Assembly: GCA_050251875.1 (NCBI GenBank)
Contig: JBFWMA010000006.1
Span: forward strand, 32,001 to 96,000
DNA: 64,000 bases
Source of the DNA: Deferribacterales bacterium
GTDB lineage: Bacteria > Chrysiogenota > Deferribacteres > Deferribacterales > Geovibrionaceae
Reading direction: 5' to 3'
Of the stretch, positions 19,747-27,660 are shown one piece after another (the stretch's first letter is position 1; every line of letters begins with the position of its first letter). The position numbers and the translations under genes were made by a program. The notes beneath the pieces are model-generated. The model worked only from the letters and a program-made list of their open reading frames with translations. It ran no database searches and was not told the DNA's origin.

Positions 19747-20889
19747 TTAGTCTCCGGTGACAGCGGTTATAACCAGATCGTCTCTGTGGATGATCTCGTC
19801 AGTAAACTTATAACCTAAAATATCAAATATGTCAGAGGTTTTTTTACCTTTTATCTTTTCAGCGTCCTCGCTGGTGTATCTTACCTTGCCTCTGGCTATC
19901 TCTTTTCCGTCCGGGTCATACACCGCCACAACATCGCCTATCTCGAAATTGCCTTCTATATCAGTAATTCCGGAGGGGAGAAGCGACTTTTTCTTGTGTA
20001 TGAGAGCGTTCACCGCCCCGTTGTCCAGATGTATAGCGCCCATAACCCCGGCGGCGTAAGCTATCCAGTGTTTTTTTCTGTTGAACGGATCCTCGATGTG
20101 GCTGAAAAATGTGCCGACATCTTCGCCGTTCAGAAAAGCGGACATGGTTTCCGGATTGCGTCCGTTGATTATGCCAACGTAGCACCCGGCGTCCAGAGCC
20201 TTTGAAGCGGCTTCCAGCTTGGATTTCATTCCGCCGGTGCCCACACCGGAAACGGAACACCCTGCCATGTTATAAAGCTCTTCATTGATATATTTCACTT
20301 CGCCGATGCGTCTGGCATCGCTGTTCTGTGAAGGATCGCTGTCATAGAGTCCGTCCACGTCAGACAGGATCAGGAGCATATCAGCGCCTATCAGACCGCC
20401 CACCAGAGCGGACAGGTTGTCGTTGTCGCTGAAATTCTCAATATATTTGAGCTCTTCTATAACCACAGAGTCGTTTTCATTTATAATAGGCACAACGCCC
20501 ATCTCCAGCAGCCGCCTGATGGTGTATCTGGCGTTCAGATACCTTCTGCGGTTGGCGAAATCATCTTTTGTGATGAGTATCTGGGCGGGAATAACGCTGT
20601 ATTTCTCGAATTCTTTGTCATAATACCAGATCAGCCTCGCCTGTCCAACGGCGGCGCAAGCCTGACGGTCGATGATATTCTGAGGGCGTGAGTCATAGCC
20701 CAATATCTTAAAACCAGCGCCCACAGCGCCTGAGGAAACTATTACGATGTTGTTGATGCTTTTCTTGAGAGTGCAGATCTTTTCAACGAAAGACGAGAGG
20801 AATTCGAGGTTTACCCCTTTATCCTTCTGAGTAAGGATGTTACTTCCGACCTTTACAACAAGTGTGTTTATGTGGGGTAATTTTCTCAT
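19747..20889 (-). CDS. proB: Glutamate 5-kinase with PUA domain
   Basis: VVKVGS, VSSGAV, AAVGQ, NEND, DND.L, GTGGM.SK; start trimmed so it does not overlap the tRNA. Confidence 0.95.
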   Translation of the reverse strand: MRKLPHINTLVVKVGSNILTQKDKGVNLEFLSSFVEKICTLKKSINNIVIVSSGAVGAGFKILGYDSRPQNIIDRQACAAVGQARLIWYYDKEFEKYSVIPAQILITKDDFANRRRYLNARYTIRRLLEMGVVPIINENDSVVIEELKYIENFSDNDNLSALVGGLIGADMLLILSDVDGLYDSDPSQNSDARRIGEVKYINEELYNMAGCSVSGVGTGGMKSKLEAASKALDAGCYVGIINGRNPETMSAFLNGEDVGTFFSHIEDPFNRKKHWIAYAAGVMGAIHLDNGAVNALIHKKKSLLPSGITDIEGNFEIGDVVAVYDPDGKEIARGKVRYTSEDAEKIKGKKTSDIFDILGYKFTDEIIHRDDLVITAVTGD

Positions 20890-20904
20890 TTTATTAAAAA
20901 AAAA

Positions 20905-20980
20905 TGGCAGGGGTAGAAGGACTCGAACCCTCAATACACTGGACCAAAACCAGTTGCCTTACCACTTTGGCTATACCCCT
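20905..20980 (-). tRNA. tRNA-Gln (anticodon UUG), CCA encoded
   Basis: AGGGGTA TA GCC AAAGTGGTAA GGC A ACTGG TTTTGGT CCAGT GTATT GAGGG TTCGAGT CCTTC TACCCCT G CCA folds into a 76-nt cloverleaf. Confidence 0.95.
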
Positions 20981-21100
20981 GCAAAGCAGAACGGGATTAT
21001 TATGGAAAACAGGTGACATGTCAAGAACTTTTTTACATTTTTTTATCCGGTTATTTTCAGTCAATAAATATTGTTGCATTACATAATTTTGAGAGGTATA

Positions 21101-21130
21101 TTGACACTAATAGCATCTTATTAATATGAT
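21101..21130 (+). promoter_or_regulatory. Putative sigma-70 promoter of the Rrf2 gene
   Basis: TTGACA-N18-TATGAT just upstream of an AGGAG RBS. Confidence 0.5.
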
Positions 21131-21145
21131 TTAGAAGGAGACAAG

Positions 21146-21550
21146 ATGAAGGTTACCAGAGCTAGCGATTATGCCATCAGAGCGCTGATCCATATGGCAC
21201 ACAAACCTAACGGCACCACGTTTATGCGTTCAGAACTGGCACAGGAGTGTGATATTCCGGACAGCTTTCTTGGCAAGATCCTGCAAAACTTAGCCAAGTC
21301 AGAAATCCTTACTTCTGAGCGTGGGAAAAAAGGCGGATTCAAAATCTCTAAAGATATCGCCACCATCACTGTATATGACATCATTACAGCTATAGAGGGT
21401 GAGCTGAGTCTTAACAAATGTATCTTCGATGAGGAATTCTGTAATCTGGTACATTCCTGCACCGCTCATGTAATGTGGGCAGATATTCAGGAAAAACTTG
21501 TCGGAATGCTCAAAAGTTATTCACTTGCGAATTTGGCTGAAAAATACTGA
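21146..21550 (+). CDS. Rrf2-family transcriptional regulator (three-Cys, likely Fe-S binding)
   Basis: DYAIRAL, FLGKILQNL, SERGKKGGF, DIITAIEG, C-x6-C-x5-C. Confidence 0.92.
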   Translation: MKVTRASDYAIRALIHMAHKPNGTTFMRSELAQECDIPDSFLGKILQNLAKSEILTSERGKKGGFKISKDIATITVYDIITAIEGELSLNKCIFDEEFCNLVHSCTAHVMWADIQEKLVGMLKSYSLANLAEKY

Positions 21551-21632
21551 AAGGTTTTTGCGTTAAAAGCCTGTTCACCACAGGCAGTTCCCACTAAACT
21601 CACCATCGGTTAATTTTTAAGCTCATTGCCCG

Positions 21633-21650
21633 ATAGAACATCTGTTCTAT
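21633..21650. promoter_or_regulatory. Palindromic operator containing GAAC-N4-GTTC (LexA SOS-box-like) upstream of nrdJ
   Basis: ATAGAACA-TC-TGTTCTAT, a perfect 8-bp inverted repeat. Confidence 0.45.
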
Positions 21651-21798
21651 TTTTAATGACTAAAATTACTTTTTATTACGAGTGAGTTAGTAGAACATCA
21701 ATGAGTTACAGGATTTAAAGTTTATTACAATTCAGTCTTTACAAACTCATTTGTTGCATATAACATTACAAAATTAATTCACAATTTTCGGAGGATAT

Positions 21799-24096
21799 AT
21801 GAGTGCTAAGGAGATCGAGAAAGTGCTTTCTCGTGAGCCGGAATTAAGCTCCAACGCTATCACCGTTCTGGAAAAAAGATATCTCAAAAAAGACAACGAC
21901 GGCAAACCCATAGAAAAACCCATAGAAATGTTCCGCAGGGTTGCCCTTAACATAGCAGAAGCCGACAAACTGTACGATAAGAACGCTGATGTTCTGGCAA
22001 CGGCCAAAACTTTCTATGATCAGATGGTTACTCTGAGATTCCTCCCCAACTCTCCCACGCTAATGAACGCCGGACGTGAGCTCCAGCAGCTCGCCGCTTG
22101 TTTCGTTCTGCCAGTGGAAGACTCTCTGGAAGGCATTTTCGAAGCGGTCAAAAACACCGCTCTCATACATAAATCAGGCGGCGGCACAGGTTTTTCCTTC
22201 TCCCGTCTGCGTCCCAAAGATGACGTGGTAAAAACAACGAAGGGCGTTTCCAGCGGTCCCGTATCATTCATGACCGTTTTTGACGCAGCCACAGAAACCA
22301 TAAAACAGGGCGGAACCAGACGAGGCGCCAACATGGGCATCCTGCGCGTGGATCACCCGGATATTATGGATTTCATCTATGCTAAAGAGGACAAATCAAA
22401 ACTCACTAACTTCAACCTCTCCGTGGGCATCACAGAAAAATTCATGCAGGCCGTTCTTTCTGACGGCGAATATGAGCTGATTAACCCCAAAACCAAGAAA
22501 CCCGCCGGCAAAAAGAAAGCCAAAGATGTTTTTGATAAAATGGTTCAGCTCGCATGGGAAGGCGGAGACCCCGGTATCGTATATCTGGATAGAATCAACG
22601 CCGAAAACCCCACACCCAAAGAGGGCGAGATGGAGAGCACAAACCCCTGCGGCGAGCAGCCTCTTCTTCCCTATGAATCATGCAACCTCGGCTCTATCAA
22701 CCTCGGAAAATACGTTAAAGACGGCAAAATAGACTGGACCGAGCTGGAAAACACCATCACTGTCGCTGTTCATTTTCTCGACAACGTAATCGACATGAAC
22801 AAATACCCGATCCCCGAAATTGACCGCCAGACAAAAAGAAACCGTAAAATCGGTCTCGGTCTGATGGGCTGGGCGGATATGCTGGCTCTCATGGCTATTC
22901 CCTATAACACAGAAGAAGCCACTAAGCTGGCGGAAGACGTGATGCAGTTCATCCGTGACACAGGACGTAAGAAATCAGCCGAACTGGCGCAGATCAGAGG
23001 CGATTTCCCCACTTTCAAAGATTCAATATTCCCCGGACTGGGATTCAAAAATATGCGTAACGCCACCATAACAACTGTTGCGCCCACCGGAACCATCTCC
23101 ATCATCGGAGGATGTTCCAGCGGTATCGAACCCTTCTTCGCCATCGCTTTCTACAGACAGGTAATGGACAACAACAAACTCGTTGAAGTCAGCCCCGTCT
23201 TCAAAGACGTAGCGAAAAAAGAAGGATTTCTCACACCCGAGCTTCTGGAGCAGGTAGCCGACACAGGACATGTGCACGGTGTGGATTCTGTGCCCGAGAA
23301 ATGGCAGAACGCCTTCGTCACAGCGCACGATATCACTCCCTTCTGGCACACACGCATGCAGGCGGCTTTCCAGAAATTCACCGACAACGCCGTGAGCAAA
23401 ACAGTTAACTTCCCCAACGAGGCGACCATAGACGATGTCCGCAAGACATATCTGCTGTCATACAACCTCGGATGCAAGGGAACAACAATATACAGAGACG
23501 GAAGCCGTACAGGTCAGGTTCTTAACGTGGGAACAAAAGACAAAGAGGCAGAAAAAACAATTTCTCAGGAGCCTTGCGTTTTCACCCCCAGACCCAGACC
23601 GAAAGTCCTCATCGGACAGACTGTGGAAATGATGACCGGCTGCGGAAAACTCTATGTGACAATAAACCAGGATGAAACCGGAAAACCCTTCGAAGTCTTC
23701 ACATCAATGGGTAAAGCCGGCGGATGCGCGCAGAGCCAGTGCGAGGCTATCGGACGTCTGATCTCCATAGACCTCAGAAGCGGCGGCGATCTGGACCGTA
23801 TCATAAAACAGCTCAAAGGAATCAGCTGTCACATGAGATACGGATTCGGTCCCAACACTGTGCTGAGCTGTTCTGACGCTGTCGGAAAGGCTCTGGAACA
23901 GGCTTGCAACGCTCAGACAGAGATAAAAGTGAGCGGAAAAAAGGACGACAGCATCACAGTGGATAAACTGCTGGAATCTGCCGACCACGGCGAGCACATA
24001 GTGAAAAACGGAGCATGCCCCGACTGCGGCGGTCCCGTGGAACACGTTGAAGGATGCGATATCTGCTATTCATGCGGATATTCACACTGCTCATAA
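21799..24096 (+). CDS. nrdJ: Adenosylcobalamin-dependent (class II) ribonucleotide reductase with fused C-terminal TSCPD/Zn-ribbon region
   Basis: PNSPTLMNAG, ACFV, GGGTG, RRGANM, TNPCGEQPL, CNLGS, APTGT, AVSKT, YRDGSR; C-terminal CPDC...CDICYSCGYSHC. Confidence 0.95.
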   Translation: MSAKEIEKVLSREPELSSNAITVLEKRYLKKDNDGKPIEKPIEMFRRVALNIAEADKLYDKNADVLATAKTFYDQMVTLRFLPNSPTLMNAGRELQQLAACFVLPVEDSLEGIFEAVKNTALIHKSGGGTGFSFSRLRPKDDVVKTTKGVSSGPVSFMTVFDAATETIKQGGTRRGANMGILRVDHPDIMDFIYAKEDKSKLTNFNLSVGITEKFMQAVLSDGEYELINPKTKKPAGKKKAKDVFDKMVQLAWEGGDPGIVYLDRINAENPTPKEGEMESTNPCGEQPLLPYESCNLGSINLGKYVKDGKIDWTELENTITVAVHFLDNVIDMNKYPIPEIDRQTKRNRKIGLGLMGWADMLALMAIPYNTEEATKLAEDVMQFIRDTGRKKSAELAQIRGDFPTFKDSIFPGLGFKNMRNATITTVAPTGTISIIGGCSSGIEPFFAIAFYRQVMDNNKLVEVSPVFKDVAKKEGFLTPELLEQVADTGHVHGVDSVPEKWQNAFVTAHDITPFWHTRMQAAFQKFTDNAVSKTVNFPNEATIDDVRKTYLLSYNLGCKGTTIYRDGSRTGQVLNVGTKDKEAEKTISQEPCVFTPRPRPKVLIGQTVEMMTGCGKLYVTINQDETGKPFEVFTSMGKAGGCAQSQCEAIGRLISIDLRSGGDLDRIIKQLKGISCHMRYGFGPNTVLSCSDAVGKALEQACNAQTEIKVSGKKDDSITVDKLLESADHGEHIVKNGACPDCGGPVEHVEGCDICYSCGYSHCS

Positions 24097-24109
24097 CAAA
24101 CCAACGACC

Positions 24110-24136
24110 GGGCAGACAGCGATGTCTGCCCTTTTT
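24110..24136 (+). terminator. Rho-independent terminator
   Basis: gggcagaca-gcga-tgtctgccc followed by tttt. Confidence 0.7.
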
Positions 24137-24155
24137 GTTTCTAAGGTAAAAAACC

Positions 24156-25082
24156 GTGAAATACGACATAGATATACTCATTCCGGCATATAAACCGCAG
24201 TTCTTCCGCCAGTGTCTGGAGAGCGCCGCAGCGCAGACTGAGGCTGACAATATCATAATCAGCGATGACTGCCCCACAGATGAAATATACGACATAGTAA
24301 AATCATTCAGCGACTGCCGTATACAGTATCACAGGAACAGACCGGGGCTCGGTCTCCTGCAAAACCACATGAAGCTGGTGACTCTGTCACACGCTAAGTG
24401 GCTGAAATTTCTGGACGATGACGACTATCTGACTGAAAACTGCTTACAGGAGCTGAAAGCATGCGCCGACAGCTCTGAAGACACTGTCATAGCCTTCTGT
24501 GATATGAAAAATATCACCACTGACGGGCAGATAAAGCCGTCATACTCTAATTTTTCTAATGTCATGACAGGCGAGGAATACCTTTTCACGCATTATCTGA
24601 AAGCTCCTATAACAGTCTTCACGAAGATGCTGATAAGATCAGACATTATGTTAAACATAATCACTCACACTGACCTTCCGGTTAATATGATCAGTCTGGA
24701 CGAACTGACGGGGCTGCTGGCTATTCAATCCGGCAGTCTGACATACACAGATAAGACATGCGTTTATCACAGGCTGAATCCGGCAGGCTTCTCAAAAGCG
24801 GTGGACGCCGGTCTGCTTTATGATGACACCAGCTATATCACAATACCATTCATGACGATGGCGGACGCTTTTCCCCACCGGAAAGCGGATGTTGAATCGC
24901 TCTATCAGACCATGCTGAAAAAGAATTTCCGTGGGTCATACATAAAACTTCTGGAAAGAAACGGCAAAAAGGATTTTTACGAATTCTTTAAACGATGCAG
25001 GATGATATCCCCATCTGCGGCGTATATGGCTCTTCTGAACTCACGCACGGTAAAAAAACTGATAAAAAACATTTTTCGCTGA
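24156..25082 (+). CDS. Glycosyltransferase family 2
   Basis: ILIPAYK, IIISDDC, N..GL, FLDDDD. Confidence 0.85.
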   Translation: MKYDIDILIPAYKPQFFRQCLESAAAQTEADNIIISDDCPTDEIYDIVKSFSDCRIQYHRNRPGLGLLQNHMKLVTLSHAKWLKFLDDDDYLTENCLQELKACADSSEDTVIAFCDMKNITTDGQIKPSYSNFSNVMTGEEYLFTHYLKAPITVFTKMLIRSDIMLNIITHTDLPVNMISLDELTGLLAIQSGSLTYTDKTCVYHRLNPAGFSKAVDAGLLYDDTSYITIPFMTMADAFPHRKADVESLYQTMLKKNFRGSYIKLLERNGKKDFYEFFKRCRMISPSAAYMALLNSRTVKKLIKNIFR

Positions 25083-25201
25083 TGACCACCTACCAGAAAT
25101 GGTATATTATAAAGGTAATCCCGGATGAGTTTTTTTTAAATTTGGGCTAATCCTCCGGGAAATATATCCGATCTATTGTCATATACTTACAGAGGTGCGT
25201 T

Positions 25202-25465
25202 ATGAAACCATCTATGGAATTTATGAATAATGTCTACTCTGTGCTGGGACACATAAACGAAAATATAGAGCAGACAAAGGTCTCTATTCTTCTGGAGAAA
25301 AAGGTTGAGTCAGGCGGAGAAACCTATAACCTTCTTCTGAAAGGAGAAAAAGACTGCGATGTTTTTACTCTCGCCAGCGAGCTTACAGATGAACAGCTCA
25401 AATGGTATGTTTTCGGTCTTGGCGACGGAATGGGACTGAAGCCCGAAATACTTGAGATCGCGTAA
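25202..25465 (+). CDS. Hypothetical protein (87 aa)
   Basis: GAGGTG RBS, own downstream hairpin/T tract, protein-like composition; no motif recognised. Confidence 0.65.
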   Translation: MKPSMEFMNNVYSVLGHINENIEQTKVSILLEKKVESGGETYNLLLKGEKDCDVFTLASELTDEQLKWYVFGLGDGMGLKPEILEIA

Positions 25466-25468
25466 TAC

Positions 25469-25493
25469 AGGGCAGGGTCTCTTGCCCTTTTTT
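25469..25493 (+). terminator. Probable terminator
   Basis: agggca...tgccct followed by a T tract. Confidence 0.55.
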
Positions 25494-25564
25494 CTTTTCT
25501 GTTGACCTTATCACCCTTAAACTGTAATTTTATCCTAACAGTCTTTCTGACGTGAGTTTTAATA

Positions 25565-26647
25565 TTGAAAATATATCTATTTATAAAATATCTGGCACAA
25601 TACGGCGGCGCCGAGAGGATATGCTTCCGCTTCGCTGAATATCTGAAAAACAGAGGCGAGGACGTCACCGTTATCTGCGGAAAAAACAGGCTGAAATCAG
25701 AATGCCCCTTCCCTTTCACAGAGCTGGGCATAGGCAGGAGCAGATACGCCAGAGCGAAAGATTTTTATAACAAAGCGTCAGCATACGCAAACGATCTGAA
25801 CGGCGTGATTTTCAGTTTCGAAAAAATGGATAACGCCCACATAATCCGCCCCGGAGGCGGAGTCCACACCATCTTTATGAAGAAATCAACGCTGGGCATG
25901 ACACCCCTGCAAAAACTGAAAAAAAACATCAAGCGCACTCTCGATCCGGTGAACAGGCTGAACCCTGTGCTGGAACAGAGAGCCTTCTCATCAGATAAAC
26001 TGAAAACCATAATCGCCATCTCTCAACAGCTGGCGGACGAAATCGCCCTCACCTATCCCTATGCCGCCGCAAAGATTCAGGTGGTGCATAACGGAGTGAG
26101 AAAACAGGTCTTCTCCGCCGAAAGACGGAGACAGCTCAGAACCAGAACGGACAACGACACGGTGATAGGCTTCGCTTCCACCAATTTTCAGCTGAAAGGT
26201 CTGGCGCCGCTCATAGAATCTCTGGCGCTTCTACCGGAAAGTTTCAGGCTGGTCATCGCCGGGGACAGAAACCCTGATAAATACCTCTCCATGGCGAAGA
26301 AACTCGGCGTGGAGAACAGAATAAAATTTCTGGGCAAAGTCACCGAGATGGATAAATTCTATGCCGACACAGATATATTCTGCCTGCCGACCTATTTCGA
26401 CACATTCGGCAACGTTGTGTCCGAGGCGCTGGCGATGGGAGTACCCTGCTGTGTGTCAAAATACGCCGGAAGCAGCGAGCTGATAAAAGAAGGCGTGAAC
26501 GGCAGTGTTATCCACGACATCACTCCAGAAAAAATCGCCTCGTCACTGAAAGCCTCGGCGGAGCTGAAAGACTTTGCCGATCCCACTCAGGACGATGATG
26601 AGATATTCGAAAAATATCTGGAGATAAGCAGAAAGGTGATATCATGA
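25565..26647 (+). CDS. Glycosyltransferase family 4 (WaaG-like LPS core glycosyltransferase)
   Basis: GGAER, IAIS, VVHNGV, KG, DTFGNVVSEALAMG. Confidence 0.88.
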   Translation: MKIYLFIKYLAQYGGAERICFRFAEYLKNRGEDVTVICGKNRLKSECPFPFTELGIGRSRYARAKDFYNKASAYANDLNGVIFSFEKMDNAHIIRPGGGVHTIFMKKSTLGMTPLQKLKKNIKRTLDPVNRLNPVLEQRAFSSDKLKTIIAISQQLADEIALTYPYAAAKIQVVHNGVRKQVFSAERRRQLRTRTDNDTVIGFASTNFQLKGLAPLIESLALLPESFRLVIAGDRNPDKYLSMAKKLGVENRIKFLGKVTEMDKFYADTDIFCLPTYFDTFGNVVSEALAMGVPCCVSKYAGSSELIKEGVNGSVIHDITPEKIASSLKASAELKDFADPTQDDDEIFEKYLEISRKVIS

Positions 26648-27660
26648 AATTCCTCGTTATCCAGCTCTATCAGACAGGCGATGTGGTTCTGACGACACAC
26701 ATCCCCAGAGAGCTGAAAAAACTCTATCCGGACGCTCAGATAGATTTCCTGACTTTCTCCGTCAACCGTCAGCTTCTGGAGAACAGCCCGTACATCACGG
26801 AGATTCTCACCACCAGCAAAAAAGACGGCATAAAAGGACTGATAAATACCATCCGGCAGATAAGAAAAAACAGATATGACGCTGTGCTCGACCTCCACAA
26901 CAACCCCAGATCAGGCTACTGCGCTCTGTTCAGCGGTGCGAAATACCGTGTGGGATACGGCAGCACATCCAGAAAATTTTTCTATAACACCCTGCCCCAG
27001 AGACTCACAGGCTCAGCAGGAGAAATAAAACTGTCGCTCATTCAGCCTTTTGATAAAAACTTCGACATGACAAAATATTACACCAAACCGGAGATACATC
27101 CGGCGCCGGAATATTTTCAGAAGGCGGACGAGGTGCTGAGTGGCTTCGGCATCTCAGACACGGATTTCATGGTTACCATGTCACCTACCCACAAAAGAGC
27201 TACCAGACGCTGGACAGCGAGCCATTTTCTGGATACGGCAAAGTATCTGACAGACAAGCATAAAGCGAAAATAGTAATAACATACGGTCCGGGCGAAGAG
27301 GACTATATTCAGGAACATTTCTCCGATCTTCCGGAGAACGTTTTTCTGATACCTCCTATGTCCATGGGCGCTTTCGCCGCTCTCATCGGCAGGGCGAAAC
27401 TGCACATAGGAAACGATTCAGCGCCCCACCACATAGCCACAGCGCAGAATGTGCCGACATTCATCATAATAGGCTCCACCAGCGCCGGATGGGTTTATAA
27501 CTCGCCGGAACACACATGGGTTTCGCTGGGGATGGAATGTCAGCCCTGCAAAAAGGCGGAATGTAAAATTTCACCGGATATTCCCTGTATGTCCGGACTC
27601 ACTTTTGATAAGATAAAAGATAAACTGGAGAATTTCATACAACATGCAGTCAAAAAATAA
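26644..27660 (+). CDS. Glycosyltransferase family 9 (LPS heptosyltransferase)
   Basis: GDVVLTT, YPDAQID, YDAVLDLH, RRW, GNDSAPHHIA. Confidence 0.9.
   Translation: MKFLVIQLYQTGDVVLTTHIPRELKKLYPDAQIDFLTFSVNRQLLENSPYITEILTTSKKDGIKGLINTIRQIRKNRYDAVLDLHNNPRSGYCALFSGAKYRVGYGSTSRKFFYNTLPQRLTGSAGEIKLSLIQPFDKNFDMTKYYTKPEIHPAPEYFQKADEVLSGFGISDTDFMVTMSPTHKRATRRWTASHFLDTAKYLTDKHKAKIVITYGPGEEDYIQEHFSDLPENVFLIPPMSMGAFAALIGRAKLHIGNDSAPHHIATAQNVPTFIIIGSTSAGWVYNSPEHTWVSLGMECQPCKKAECKISPDIPCMSGLTFDKIKDKLENFIQHAVKK

Noticed and set aside
20890..20934. N-terminal extension of proB in the ORF track
   Set aside because: Runs into the tRNA-Gln gene; the ATG at 20889 is more plausible.
21061..21076. NrdR-box-like tcaataaatattgttg
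   Set aside because: Single copy, about 5 mismatches, in AT-rich DNA, and upstream of the Rrf2 gene rather than nrdJ.
20905..21145. tRNA-Gln as an integration site
   Set aside because: No integrase, no duplicated tRNA 3' end noticed, and housekeeping genes on both sides.
21551..21798. Cobalamin riboswitch upstream of nrdJ
   Set aside because: Only a short gcctg/caggc hairpin; no B12-box or conserved core on the coding strand.
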